Part shown: positions 18,757-29,700 of the stretch, piece after piece
How positions within the stretch are numbered: the first letter of the stretch is position 1
How the letters are laid out: each line of letters opens with the position of its first letter
Source: Eubacterium sp.
Lineage (GTDB): Bacteria; Bacillota; Clostridia; Oscillospirales; Acutalibacteraceae
Assembly (NCBI GenBank): GCA_046989265.1
Contig: JBKWUD010000004.1
Location: 780-64,779, forward strand
DNA length: 64,000 bases
Direction: 5' to 3'
Notes under the pieces: model-generated
Databases searched by the model: none
Told to the model about the DNA's origin: nothing
Seen by the model: only the letters and a program-made list of their open reading frames with translations
Position numbers and translations under genes: made by a program

Positions 18757-19467
18757 ATGAAAAAAGTTAGTTTGATAGTAATGCTGCTGATTGCAGTAAT
18801 GATGATTGTAGGTTGCAGCCATAATGCAGATGTTAGCAAAAACGCTGATAAGGATGATTCAGTTTCTTTTTCGGCAAGTAAAACAGAAAACAGCAATAGT
18901 AAAATTGTCACAGAAAATGAAAGCAGTACAGAGGTTTCAACAACTGAAACAACTACTGCTCAATCAACAACAAAGCCGAAAGAAACGAAAAAAAGCACAA
19001 CGGCAAAAACAACAACTGCCAAGCCTGATGATAAAAAATCAGCAGGTCAAGGCAAAGTAAAGAAAAAAACACAAACTACAACAAAGAAACAGGCCACTAC
19101 ACAAAAGCAGACAGTTATCAACAAACCGACAACAACTAAAAAGCAATCAACAACAAAAGAGAAAGCTACGGCATCAACAACAGCAAAAAACAAACTGACC
19201 AAAAGTGATGTTGAATGGGTACAGGCACAAGCCCATTCATATATCAGAAGTAAAGGCTGTAATGTTAATTCAAGCGTAAGTAGTTTTTCAGGCAGAATAT
19301 CAACCAAAAATTTCACTGATAAAAACTCCCTTTTATCAGAGGTTAAGGAATGGATTGATTCGGAATATGACGATTGCGTTGCTTCAGGTTGGAAAACGGT
19401 TGATATGTACTGTAAGATTGAATCAAGGTCAGATGGCAATTACTTTATTTATGTAATGTACGGATAA
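18757..19467 (+). CDS. Lipoprotein with a Thr/Lys-rich linker and small C-terminal domain
   Basis: Signal peptide ending IVGC; AAGGAG RBS; upstream TTGTCA-17-TATTAT. Confidence 0.75.
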   Translation: MKKVSLIVMLLIAVMMIVGCSHNADVSKNADKDDSVSFSASKTENSNSKIVTENESSTEVSTTETTTAQSTTKPKETKKSTTAKTTTAKPDDKKSAGQGKVKKKTQTTTKKQATTQKQTVINKPTTTKKQSTTKEKATASTTAKNKLTKSDVEWVQAQAHSYIRSKGCNVNSSVSSFSGRISTKNFTDKNSLLSEVKEWIDSEYDDCVASGWKTVDMYCKIESRSDGNYFIYVMYG

Positions 19468-19540
19468 ATATAATATTACAATTATTTAAGCACCGATAGA
19501 TTTCGGTGCTTTTTTTGTATCTTAAAATAGGAGGAATATA

Positions 19541-22500
19541 ATGAAACAATCAAAAAAATTAATGTGTATCTTACTATCATTAATAATTACTTTATCAGCA
19601 TTCCTGCCATGCGTATCGGCTTTTGCCGCTACTGTCGAGGAATGCAAGCTGAGTATAAGAACAAGCACAAAATATAAGTATATGAACAACTGGGCATATC
19701 CGAATAACAGAAACGGTATTCATCTCGCTACTGTTAAGAACGGAACACACAAAGGCGAGGTTGCCTATTGTATTGAGTTCGGTAAAGACATGGGTGATGA
19801 CGGTCAGGAAGAAACTATTACGGACATCGACAAAGTTCCTGCTTGGGAAGAATTCAATGCAAGTCAGAAAGCAGGAATTACAAGAGCAACAATCTATGGC
19901 TATCCCAATTTCAATTATGGTGTATCAGATGAAGCTGCACAGGTAGCAACACAGTTTGTTGTATGGGAGTATTCACAGGGATACAGAACATCGGCAGACG
20001 GAGATAATCCGACAGCCGGACTGAACGGAACAAGCAGTAAGATTGAAAATGCTATTGACGCCGCAGGCTTTGATGTAAGGCAGCAGTATTATAAATCAGG
20101 AGTATTGGAATATTCAGATGTCGAAACTGCATATAAGGCAATCCTTAACGGTATCAAAAACCACAAAGTAATTCCGAGTTTTAATTCAGATACAATTGAA
20201 TTGAATTGGAACAGTAAGAATGAAAGATTTGAAGCAAGTGTTACCGATACTAAAAAGGTTCTCTCTTTATACGAAATCAGTTCAAAAAATTCATCCCTAA
20301 AATTTTCTAAGTCAGGTAATACCCTGACTATTTATACTTCTGATGTATTAAGCTCTGCAACAGAAGTTACGATGACAAAAACTTGTGCAAAGGTCGGTGC
20401 AGATATAGGCTTTGTACCGCCGAATCAGAATGTTAATCAATCTTTAGTTGGCAGACTTACTGATCCCGTTACTGCAAAATTTACAGTAAAAACAGCAACA
20501 GGCAATCTCAAAATCAGCAAGTCATCAGAAGATGAAATTATTAAAAACATTGCATTTACAGTCGAAGGTAATGGAAAAACCTACAATGTAACAACAGACG
20601 CTAACGGCAATGCAGAACTCAAGAATATTCCTGTCGGCACTTATCAAGTGTATGAGGGAGATATTCTCCGTTATGTAAAGCAGGCAACAAAATCAGTAAC
20701 CGTTACTGACGGAAAGACTGCAACTGTATCTTTCAAAAATGAACTCAAAAAGGGTAATATCAAGATACAGAAAAACTCGGAAGATAGCATTGTTAAAGAC
20801 TTTACTTTCAAGGTTACAGGCAGTGACGGCAGCACTTATTCTGCAAAGACAAATGCAGACGGTATTGCAACAATAACCGATGTTCCTGTTTATGACAGTA
20901 ACAATAAAAAAATTGTTTACACAGTTCAGGAAACCAATATCCCTGTTCGCTATGTAACTCCTGATAATCAGACTGTTACTCTTGAAGCTGATAAGACTTC
21001 AACTGTAACTTTTAATAACATTCTCAAGAAATTCAGAGTAAAGGTAGTAAAGTCCGATATTGAAAAAGGGCATGCACAAGGTGATGCAAAACTCAGCGGT
21101 GCAGTTTATGGAATCTATAAAGGCAATCAGTTAATTGATACCTACACAACAGACGATAACGCATCATTCACAACCAAATATTATATTTGTGATACAGATT
21201 GGACTATCAAAGAAATCTCTGCAAGCGAAGGCTATCTTGTTAATGATAAAGTTTACAAGGTCGGTGCGGATCCTGCACTCTTTACTGTTGAACTCAATAA
21301 TATAAATCTTGATGTTGTTGAAATGCCGATAAAGGGTAAAATTGCAATTATTAAGCATACGGACGATGGCAGCACACAGATTGAAACGCCCGAAAAAGGT
21401 GCGGAATTTCAGGTATATCTGAAATCATCGGGCAGTTATGTAAATGCAGATAAAGATGAGCATGACACAATCGTTTGCGATGAGGATGGTTTTGCAAGCA
21501 CAAAGTTAATGCCTTATGGTGTATATACCGTTCATCAGACTAAAGGCTGGGACGGCAGAGAAAAGATAAAGGATTTTGATGTCTATATTTCAAAAGACGG
21601 TAAAACCTATAAATTCCTCATTAACAATGCGAACTTTGAAAGCTATCTCAAGGTAGTTAAGCTTGATAAGGAAACAGAAAAACAGATAGCATACGAGGGT
21701 GCTGCGTTTGAGATTTACAATGCAGACGGACACAGAGTGAATATGCAGTTTACCTACCCTGATGTAACATCAATTCACACATTCTATACAAATTCCGAAG
21801 GATATTTAATTACTCCCGAAAAACTGCCATATGGTGATTACTCTCTCAAAGAGGTACAAGCTCCGTATGGATATGTACTTGACTCAACTCCTATTCCGTT
21901 TACAGTAACACAGGAAAATGCCTCTACAGATACTGGTGTTACAGTTATAAAGGTTAAGGATAAGGATATGGCACAGAAAGGTGTTATTGAAATCACCAAA
22001 CAGGGCGAAATCTTCTCATCTGTAGGTGTACTCGGCGGCGGATATATTGACGAGAACGGAAATGATGTTGAATTCCCGATAACCTACAATCCGATTTATG
22101 AAACAAAGAATCTTGCAAATGCAGTATTTCAGATTTACGCTGCCGAGGATATAACTACTCTTGACGGAACTGTCAGAGCTCAGCAGGGCGAACTTGTTGA
22201 CGAAATTACAACAGGAAAAGACGGAATTGCAAAATCAAAGCAGTTATATCTCGGTAAATATACCGTTATTGAAAAGACCGCACCAAACACATTTTACAAT
22301 GCAAATGAACAGTATGATGTTGAATTAACCTACGCAGGTCAGAATGTTTCCGTAACATCAACTGCCATTTCGGTATATAACGAAAGACAGAAAGTATCTG
22401 TTTCGCTTGAAAAGATTATGGAACAGAATAAAACATTCGGTATCGGAATGAATAACGAAATTCTTTCTGTTCAGTTTGGTATTTTTGCCGATGAAGATAT

Positions 22501-23920
22501 TACTGCTGCAGACGGCTCGATGATTCCAAAAGATGCGTTAATCACTTATGGCAACTGTGACGAAAACGGCAAGCTCACATTTAACTGTGATTTACCAATC
22601 GGTTACAAGTTCTACGCAAAAGAAATGGCAGCCGATGAGCATTATATCCTGTCAAACGCCCATTATACCTTTGATACGGAGTATCAGGGACAGGCAGTTC
22701 AGACCATCAATATTGACCTCAATTCTGGTCAAAAAATTGAAAATGAACTCATCTATGGTACTGTCAAAGGCTTAAAGATTGACCGTGAAACAGAAAAAAC
22801 AATCAAAGGTGCTTTGTTCGGACTGTTCAAATCTGATGAAACTGAATATGTGGAAACTAATGCCATTCTTACTGCAACATCAGACGAGAACGGCATTTTT
22901 ACTTTTAACAATCTACCCTATGGCAGTTATATAATCAAGGAATTAAAGCCTGCCGAAAGTTACCTTACAAATGAAGAAATCTATCCTGTTCAGATTGATA
23001 CTAATGAACAGATAATTGAAATTACTGTTGTAAACGACCATATTCCCGAACTGAAAACGACGGCAACAGTTAACGGAGATAAAGAAATCTGTGCGACAGA
23101 AGTATTCACGCTCGTTGATACAGTTGAGTATCAACACCTTATTCCGAATAAGGAATATGTCCTTAAGGGCGTACTTATGGATAAGAATACAGGCGAGCCA
23201 TTACTCATTGACGGTGCAGAGGTACACTCCGAAACAGTATTTATTCCGACAGAGCCGAGCGGAACTGCAACAGTTGAATTTACTTTTGACAGTAAGTATA
23301 TCAAGTCTGATACCGATATTGTAGTCTTTGAAAGTCTTTACAAAGACGGAAAAGAACTTGCAGTCCACGCAGATATTGAAGATGAGGGACAGACCGTTAC
23401 AGTCAAAGTACCTGAAATCAAAACTACTGCAAAGGTAAACGGAAAGAAAGAGATTACCGCTAAAGGCGAAATTACAATCAAGGATATTGTATCCTTTACA
23501 AATCTTACGCCTGATAAGGAATATACAATCAAGGGTGTTTTAATGGATAAATCAACAGGCAAGGCATTTGAAATTGACGGCAAGCCTGTTACAAGCGAAG
23601 TAACCTTTATTTCTAAAAAGAGCAATGGCAAGGTAAATGTTGAATTTACCTTTGATTCAAGCGGTATTAAGACCAATACAGAACTTGTTGTTTTTGAAAC
23701 CTTATACCGTGACGGCATTGAGCTTACTGCTCACGCTGATATTAACGATAAGGGACAGACAGTTAAATTGACTATGCCTGTTATAAAAACACCTAAGACA
23801 AGTGATAACAGCAACAGAAGGACTATTGCAACAGTAATGGGTGCATCTGCTTTCGGCATTTTATCACTTGCGTATTATCTCATTAAGAAAAAGAAATCGA
23901 ATAAAGGAGGTAAAGCATAA
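19541..23920 (+). CDS. Sortase-anchored adhesin: thioester domain, CnaB/SpaA repeats and two T-Q ester (VaFE) repeats
   Basis: Signal peptide; AYCIE...TQFVVW; repeated GxY.v.E..AP.GY; VVFE.LY...HADI.D.GQTV twice; TPKTSD followed by a TM helix and KKKK tail. Confidence 0.85.
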   Translation: MKQSKKLMCILLSLIITLSAFLPCVSAFAATVEECKLSIRTSTKYKYMNNWAYPNNRNGIHLATVKNGTHKGEVAYCIEFGKDMGDDGQEETITDIDKVPAWEEFNASQKAGITRATIYGYPNFNYGVSDEAAQVATQFVVWEYSQGYRTSADGDNPTAGLNGTSSKIENAIDAAGFDVRQQYYKSGVLEYSDVETAYKAILNGIKNHKVIPSFNSDTIELNWNSKNERFEASVTDTKKVLSLYEISSKNSSLKFSKSGNTLTIYTSDVLSSATEVTMTKTCAKVGADIGFVPPNQNVNQSLVGRLTDPVTAKFTVKTATGNLKISKSSEDEIIKNIAFTVEGNGKTYNVTTDANGNAELKNIPVGTYQVYEGDILRYVKQATKSVTVTDGKTATVSFKNELKKGNIKIQKNSEDSIVKDFTFKVTGSDGSTYSAKTNADGIATITDVPVYDSNNKKIVYTVQETNIPVRYVTPDNQTVTLEADKTSTVTFNNILKKFRVKVVKSDIEKGHAQGDAKLSGAVYGIYKGNQLIDTYTTDDNASFTTKYYICDTDWTIKEISASEGYLVNDKVYKVGADPALFTVELNNINLDVVEMPIKGKIAIIKHTDDGSTQIETPEKGAEFQVYLKSSGSYVNADKDEHDTIVCDEDGFASTKLMPYGVYTVHQTKGWDGREKIKDFDVYISKDGKTYKFLINNANFESYLKVVKLDKETEKQIAYEGAAFEIYNADGHRVNMQFTYPDVTSIHTFYTNSEGYLITPEKLPYGDYSLKEVQAPYGYVLDSTPIPFTVTQENASTDTGVTVIKVKDKDMAQKGVIEITKQGEIFSSVGVLGGGYIDENGNDVEFPITYNPIYETKNLANAVFQIYAAEDITTLDGTVRAQQGELVDEITTGKDGIAKSKQLYLGKYTVIEKTAPNTFYNANEQYDVELTYAGQNVSVTSTAISVYNERQKVSVSLEKIMEQNKTFGIGMNNEILSVQFGIFADEDITAADGSMIPKDALITYGNCDENGKLTFNCDLPIGYKFYAKEMAADEHYILSNAHYTFDTEYQGQAVQTINIDLNSGQKIENELIYGTVKGLKIDRETEKTIKGALFGLFKSDETEYVETNAILTATSDENGIFTFNNLPYGSYIIKELKPAESYLTNEEIYPVQIDTNEQIIEITVVNDHIPELKTTATVNGDKEICATEVFTLVDTVEYQHLIPNKEYVLKGVLMDKNTGEPLLIDGAEVHSETVFIPTEPSGTATVEFTFDSKYIKSDTDIVVFESLYKDGKELAVHADIEDEGQTVTVKVPEIKTTAKVNGKKEITAKGEITIKDIVSFTNLTPDKEYTIKGVLMDKSTGKAFEIDGKPVTSEVTFISKKSNGKVNVEFTFDSSGIKTNTELVVFETLYRDGIELTAHADINDKGQTVKLTMPVIKTPKTSDNSNRRTIATVMGASAFGILSLAYYLIKKKKSNKGGKA

Positions 23921-24012
23921 TGACACCTAAAGCTATAATCGGAATTGTTATGGTAGTTGTTATTGTTGCAGCTATCATTGTTTTACAGATTAAAAACAGA
24001 AAAAAGGATTAA
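23920..24012 (+). CDS. 30-aa single-TM peptide MTPKAIIGIVMVVVIVAAIIVLQIKNRKKD
   Basis: AAGGAGG RBS; the start overlaps the adhesin stop (TAATG). Not in the ORF track. Confidence 0.65.
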   Translation: MTPKAIIGIVMVVVIVAAIIVLQIKNRKKD

Positions 24013-24074
24013 ATGAACAACACAGGGTGGCGCATGGAGTATGAGCCACCCTGTGTTTATAAGGAGCAATATAT

Positions 24075-24410
24075 ATGACTTACTTTAAAAATAATATGGC
24101 TCTTGAATATGGTGTTAAGAGTGCTATCGTTGCTCAGTATTTATGGGATAGCCTTTATGTTCAAAAAACCGAATGTGCTATTAAAAAGCATAAAGGTAAG
24201 GAATGGTGCAGAGCTTCTGCTATTCATATCACAAGCGTTTTTCCGTTTCTTTCAAAACACCAAGTCAGAGATGCCATTGATAATCTGACCGAAAAAAAGG
24301 TCATACAAAAAGGCTGCTTTAATTGCTCTGCTTTCGACCATACAAATTGGTACTGCTTTACCGAATATGGCAAGTCATTAATGCTAAAAAGCGAGGGGGT
24401 AATTATATGA
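24075..24410 (+). CDS. Small winged-helix protein resembling the N-terminus of phage/plasmid replication initiators
   Basis: A.EYG...A, G..W...S, FPFLS, G.FN...FD.T.WY pattern; AAGGAG RBS. Confidence 0.5.
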   Translation: MTYFKNNMALEYGVKSAIVAQYLWDSLYVQKTECAIKKHKGKEWCRASAIHITSVFPFLSKHQVRDAIDNLTEKKVIQKGCFNCSAFDHTNWYCFTEYGKSLMLKSEGVII

Positions 24411-25237
24411 GAGAAAGAACATTTGAATATGGAGGATACACCTTTGAGCCTTATGTAAAATACACAGTCCCTTTAAGAGTGTTTGATGAATTTATCAACT
24501 ATGACACCCTTGATTTTTCTGATACAAAGTTTGATAGTAAAGCATTTTTCGCAAAATCGCCCCTTAAGCACTGTGATGTTTTTTACTGTGTTGATAACAA
24601 TAAATATTATATTCCCAAAGGCACAAGGCTCTGTGAATTTGATGAGCCTACTGTTGCTCAGCATTGCCACGCACGAATGGTAAATGATTATGAGATAATT
24701 CATTCCTTTTATGTCGGAGAACGAGAGGTTATTGTCGGCGAGGATAAAAATGCAGAGTACCGATATTTTTGTGGGTACTATGAAAACAACGAAATCTTTT
24801 CTCGTGCAGTAAATTGTCAGATGAGCAATGATTATCTTGAAATTATGCAAATTTATTGCGACAGGACAAAAGAACAGGTTGAACTATGTAGGTCAAAGCA
24901 GATTGATGGTGCAGAGCTTATAACTGCTGATATGTGCAGTAGATTTGATAATAATATCGATTTAACAAATAAAGTTGTCGTGTTAAAGCCTGATGTTTTA
25001 CGCAGAGAATATCAGAATGAGCATAGCCAGCTTATGTATGTTACAGGAGGAAACGGAGCAAAGCCTAATTCCCTTGGCACAAAAGTATATGGGAATAAAC
25101 TTGGCAGTAAGAGCAAAAGTGAAACCTATGTCAGACGCTACGATATTATGGGTATTATGGATAAGGATAAGCTGCCTGAATGGGCAAAGAAAAGCCTTAA
25201 AAGGATTGAACGGGATAATCACAGGGAGGAACGATAA
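24407..25237 (+). CDS. ICE hypothetical protein
   Basis: ATGA overlap with the previous gene; GAGGGGG RBS. Confidence 0.7.
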   Translation: MRERTFEYGGYTFEPYVKYTVPLRVFDEFINYDTLDFSDTKFDSKAFFAKSPLKHCDVFYCVDNNKYYIPKGTRLCEFDEPTVAQHCHARMVNDYEIIHSFYVGEREVIVGEDKNAEYRYFCGYYENNEIFSRAVNCQMSNDYLEIMQIYCDRTKEQVELCRSKQIDGAELITADMCSRFDNNIDLTNKVVVLKPDVLRREYQNEHSQLMYVTGGNGAKPNSLGTKVYGNKLGSKSKSETYVRRYDIMGIMDKDKLPEWAKKSLKRIERDNHREER

Positions 25238-25500
25238 TGAATTTGAGAATGAATGGAGAATACATTATAACAAATTCCGTGAATATTGATGATTGTGAGT
25301 TTGTACTCGGTGTATCAACAGAAAGTCCGAGTATGTTTGCAACTTGGGAATGTGAGGGCGGTAATTATTACTTTAGCGGGCAATACCATAACGATTTATA
25401 CTCTGCACAAAAAGACCTTGTTCGCAGATGTCAAAAGGAAATTGAGCGAATTGATTATATCAAAAATATGGCAAAAACAGAAAAGAAAACTGAACGATAA
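25237..25500 (+). CDS. ICE hypothetical protein
   Basis: TAATG coupling; GGGAGG RBS. Confidence 0.65.
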   Translation: MNLRMNGEYIITNSVNIDDCEFVLGVSTESPSMFATWECEGGNYYFSGQYHNDLYSAQKDLVRRCQKEIERIDYIKNMAKTEKKTER

Positions 25501-25521
25501 TCGAAAAGGAGGCTAAAGCAA

Positions 25522-25752
25522 ATGGCAAACAAAACAACCTTTCAGCAGAAAACAAGGGTACTGAATAAGCTGTTTGAACACGGCATAAATAGCGAAAAGG
25601 AATTGCAATCATTATCTCTTGAAAAAATCCTTGAAATTAAAGGTATTACAATTCCAGAAATGGCTATCATAACAGAACTGCAAAAGCAGACGAAAGCAGG
25701 CAAGCTGTTTTCATATCTCGGAGGTGGTGTCGATGAGTCAGATAACGAATAA
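25522..25752 (+). CDS. ICE hypothetical protein
   Basis: AAAGGAGG RBS; within the operon. Confidence 0.65.
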   Translation: MANKTTFQQKTRVLNKLFEHGINSEKELQSLSLEKILEIKGITIPEMAIITELQKQTKAGKLFSYLGGGVDESDNE

Positions 25753-26707
25753 TATGACTTTGTGTACTGCAAAAGAAAATGAAATGATATATACTTATCG
25801 GCAAAGTCAGCAGATTAAAATGATAACAGGCTATGTCGGTTATCTTCGTGGTGACTTTGGTAGTAACGGCAACGAATTTTATTCATCTTGGATGGACGAA
25901 ATCTCCGAGCGAAAAACGCCCGAATTTCAATCAGAATTTGATGAGGTTATAAATGCCTTGCGTGATGATCCGAAATACAGAGGGATTTTACGAAATTTAG
26001 AAGATATGAAATTACTCTGCTCTACAAGACCTCAAAGTCATATACCTAATGTTTTTATGTCAGATTCTTATGCTTTTAGAGTGAATACAGAAAAATATGC
26101 GTATCTTATTCGCTGCATACCACACAAAAACGATTATAACTTTTGTATAACTGCTTATGAAAAGGACAGTCTTGATAGGCACATTAAAAATGCTGAAAAA
26201 GGTATCAGGTTTATTAACAGCAGTTATAAAAAGCTGTTCATGATTCCTGACGGAGATAAAATTCAAATCACATTTTATGACGGAAGAAAGGAACTTCGCA
26301 CTTGCAGATATATCGACGAATATCATACAGAGGTCGGTGATAATCTTTATCATAACTGTCAGTTTGCCGAGATTATGGAGAATAACGGCAATTCTGTTAT
26401 TCCTATGCGTTCATCATTGCCTGAACAATGCTATGCGTTTGTAGAAAGTGAAAATTTAATTGCAATCGTAAAAAAAGGCAATGAGGGATATTATCCTACT
26501 AAATTAGGTACAGAAGATGTTGAAAAGAATAAAGCTACCGTTAAATTGCTTAATTTGCAAAGTGGTATAACTTTTCAACAGGCAGAGGCTATGAAAGCGG
26601 GCTCAATGTTCGGTTGGAACACTCCTGCCGCTGATCCGAAAAATTATGATGAAAACGGAACTCCTATTAAACCTAATAAAAGAATTAATAACCGTGATTC
26701 AAGATAG
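25733..26707 (+). CDS. ICE conserved hypothetical protein
   Basis: GGAGGTG RBS; GYLRGDFG...F, GIRFI...Y..LF.IPDG, GSMFGW..PAADP. Confidence 0.75.
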   Translation: MSQITNNMTLCTAKENEMIYTYRQSQQIKMITGYVGYLRGDFGSNGNEFYSSWMDEISERKTPEFQSEFDEVINALRDDPKYRGILRNLEDMKLLCSTRPQSHIPNVFMSDSYAFRVNTEKYAYLIRCIPHKNDYNFCITAYEKDSLDRHIKNAEKGIRFINSSYKKLFMIPDGDKIQITFYDGRKELRTCRYIDEYHTEVGDNLYHNCQFAEIMENNGNSVIPMRSSLPEQCYAFVESENLIAIVKKGNEGYYPTKLGTEDVEKNKATVKLLNLQSGITFQQAEAMKAGSMFGWNTPAADPKNYDENGTPIKPNKRINNRDSR

Positions 26708-26720
26708 GAGATGATGATAT

Positions 26721-29700
26721 ATGGCATCTAAATTTGAGCTTATTACTGAAATGTATAATGAAGCGTGTAAAAATGTTGTTCGCTTTCCTCAGAATTGGTA
26801 TAAGTTTATTGCATCTGCCTGCTATAACTACCGATTGCGTTTTGACGAGCAGCTACTTGTTTTCGTTCAAAGACCTGATGCGACGGCTGTCCTTGAGTTT
26901 GACAAATGGAACAAAAGGTTTAATCGCAAAATAAATAGTGGCTCTAAAGGCATTGCAGTATTCAGTAATGACAGCAAAAAAGCAATCAAATACTACTTTG
27001 ATATATCCGATACAACAGAGCGTGAGCTATCAAAGCCTGTCCCCGTATGGCAGTACAAAGAGGAGTATCAGGCTTATGTTATTGAAACGCTTGAAAACTC
27101 TTTCGGAGAGCTTGAAAATAAAGACAATCTGTATAACGCAGTAATATCAATGGCTGAAAACATCGTCGAGGACAATATATCTGATTATCTTTCTGATTTA
27201 TTAGCAGTAACAGATGACAGCTTTCTTGAAGAACTTGATGACGATATGATTTCCTCAATGTATCGTTTAACTTTGCAGAACAGCATTGCTTTTATGGTAT
27301 TGACAAGGCTTGGTATTGATGCAACAGAGTATTTTGACAGAGAGGATTTTCAGGCTGTTGTAAATTTTAATACGCCTGATACGCTCAATGCTCTTGGATT
27401 TGCAACAAGTGATATTTCACAAATGGTGCTTTCAGAGGTGTCAAAAACTGTACTATCTCTTGAAAAATCAAATCGCATAATTGACGAAAAATCGCAGACA
27501 GATTATACTAAAGCCGAAAATAAAAATATTGAAAGGAGTGCTGATAATGGTACAGTACGATTACACAGTTCAGGGCGAAGTTCAGATACCAAATCTGATA
27601 ATGCCGATGCAGAAGAATTTGACTATGGGCAGATATTCGCAGATGAGGAAACAGTTTCTCAAGGAAAATCACAGAGTAATTTATTACAATTACCTGACGA
27701 AAGGAACATTGCAGAAGCATCTGTCGGATATAGAGAACAGAGCGAAAGTAATGGAAGAACAGTTGATGAAACAGATGTCCGAGCAGGAAGGCTTGACCGA
27801 GGAACTGAAAGCAGCCGACCAAATGGCTTGGGTACAATCAATGAACAATCTGAAAAGTCGAGTACAGGAAATCGTGATGAACGAGGTAGTTTACAGTCTG
27901 TAACAGATGAATTACCGCCTTTTGTTGATAAAGACTTAATTCCTGAAATCATTAAAAACCCTAATGATGTATTAACTCACCGCAAAGAATTTATTGTTAA
28001 ACAATTTTCAGAGCTTACAGAAAAAGAAAAGCCGAATTATGTTTCGACCTTGTATGGAGGTAAAACGGAAGAATTAAAAATCGGTAAAATAACAGTTGGA
28101 TATATGCAAGTCAAGGACGGACTCCTTATGTACGAAGGCAATTACAAAAATCGTACAAAGGAGTCCATTTTTTCTTGGTCACTTGTTGCTGAATTTATGC
28201 AACAGCTTATTGACAATAATGAATACTTGCCGAAAGAAGAAAAGACCGAGCCTACACAGTTCAGTCTTTTTGATTTCAATGAAACCTTTATCAACGAGCC
28301 TGATGTTACTGATAATTCACAGGTATCTTTGTTCACAGATTTTGGTGTATCGCAGCAGATTATTGATGAAGCGTTATGTTCAGGTGCAAACGAGGTAAAC
28401 AGCCGACTTGTAATATGTGCATATTTCAGGCGTAATTGGGGGCTTGAAAATAATGCTCAATTCTTAAAAGAACATTATGAGCAAGATGCCTTTGGCTTTA
28501 TATTTGAGGGCGAACAGGTATCAGTATTCTTTGATGAAAATGGTATAAAAATTTCTAAAGGCAATTATGCTAATCGTGCAGGAGCAACTCTTGTAACTTG
28601 GGAACAGGCTGCAAAAAGAATTTCTGAACTACTTGAAAATGGCAGATATATGCCGCAAAGCGAACTTGATAAACTTGATGATTTTGAAATCAGCTTTGTT
28701 GCAGACCGTATTGTTGAATTTTCAAGAAATATGGATGAGGATTATACTAACAGAGAAAACATTTTCCCTTTTGTAAAGAGCCGATTAAAAAATATTGCTG
28801 GCTATCCTGATAAGGTTGAAAAAGTAAAAGAACTTTTGAAAAATCCTGCATATTTCAAAGTGGTTGCAGATGAGTATGCAGACTTTATGCAGGCATTAGA
28901 GGATGACGGATATTTTCTTCGCTTTAATTATAGGAGAGAATATGCTCCTGAATATATAAATATTTTTGTTGAGGGTATGAGCCGTGAGCCTATACCTTTC
29001 AAGTCACAGGCTGATTTTACCACTCCGTCTGAATATTTCATATCGGAAGATGAAATAAAGGCGAGAATCAGGGGTAATGAGAGTAAGTACGATTCAGAAG
29101 AAAGGCTAAAAACATATTCATACTATCTTGAACACTCTAACGCAAAAGAGCGAGTAAAATATTTAAAATCAAATATAGGTTCAAGCGGAACAACGGATTT
29201 TAATCATTATGAACGGGATAGCAAAGGCTATACTTACAGCCATAACGATATTTTCAGACCTTATGCGAAAACAACAATGTCTTGGCAACAAGTAGATAAA
29301 TATATCAGCAAAATGATTGCAAATCACGAATATCTTTCGCAGGCTGATTTGAAATCAGTTGATTACTATGAGCGAAAACAGGCAGCTTTAGCTATTCATC
29401 ATTTTTATTTTGGTGTTCCGAAAGAATATCCAAGACTGAATGAGTGCAAGGAAGATGATTATTGGGAATCAGTTGAAAATATAGCTGAACAGCTCACCAA
29501 TCCTGACAGAGTATCAGAAATACACTCCATAATGACTGAACTGTATAACAGCATTGATTTTGAGGACAGATACAAAGAATATGCTGATATAGGTATCAAA
29601 ACAATCAACGAATTTGCAGACGGTACTTTCACTTGCTTTGGAGATAAAAGCAAGACCATTAATCCTTTAATCAAGGTTGAAAGACCTGCCGAAAAAGAAA

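Noticed and set aside
18900..19200. ACA-rich low-complexity tracts here and at 61980-62160
   Set aside because: They are explained by Thr/Lys-rich protein linkers, not DNA-level repeats.
23040..23780. Internal duplication in the adhesin
   Set aside because: These are ordinary tandem VaFE/T-Q ester domains, already covered by the feature call.
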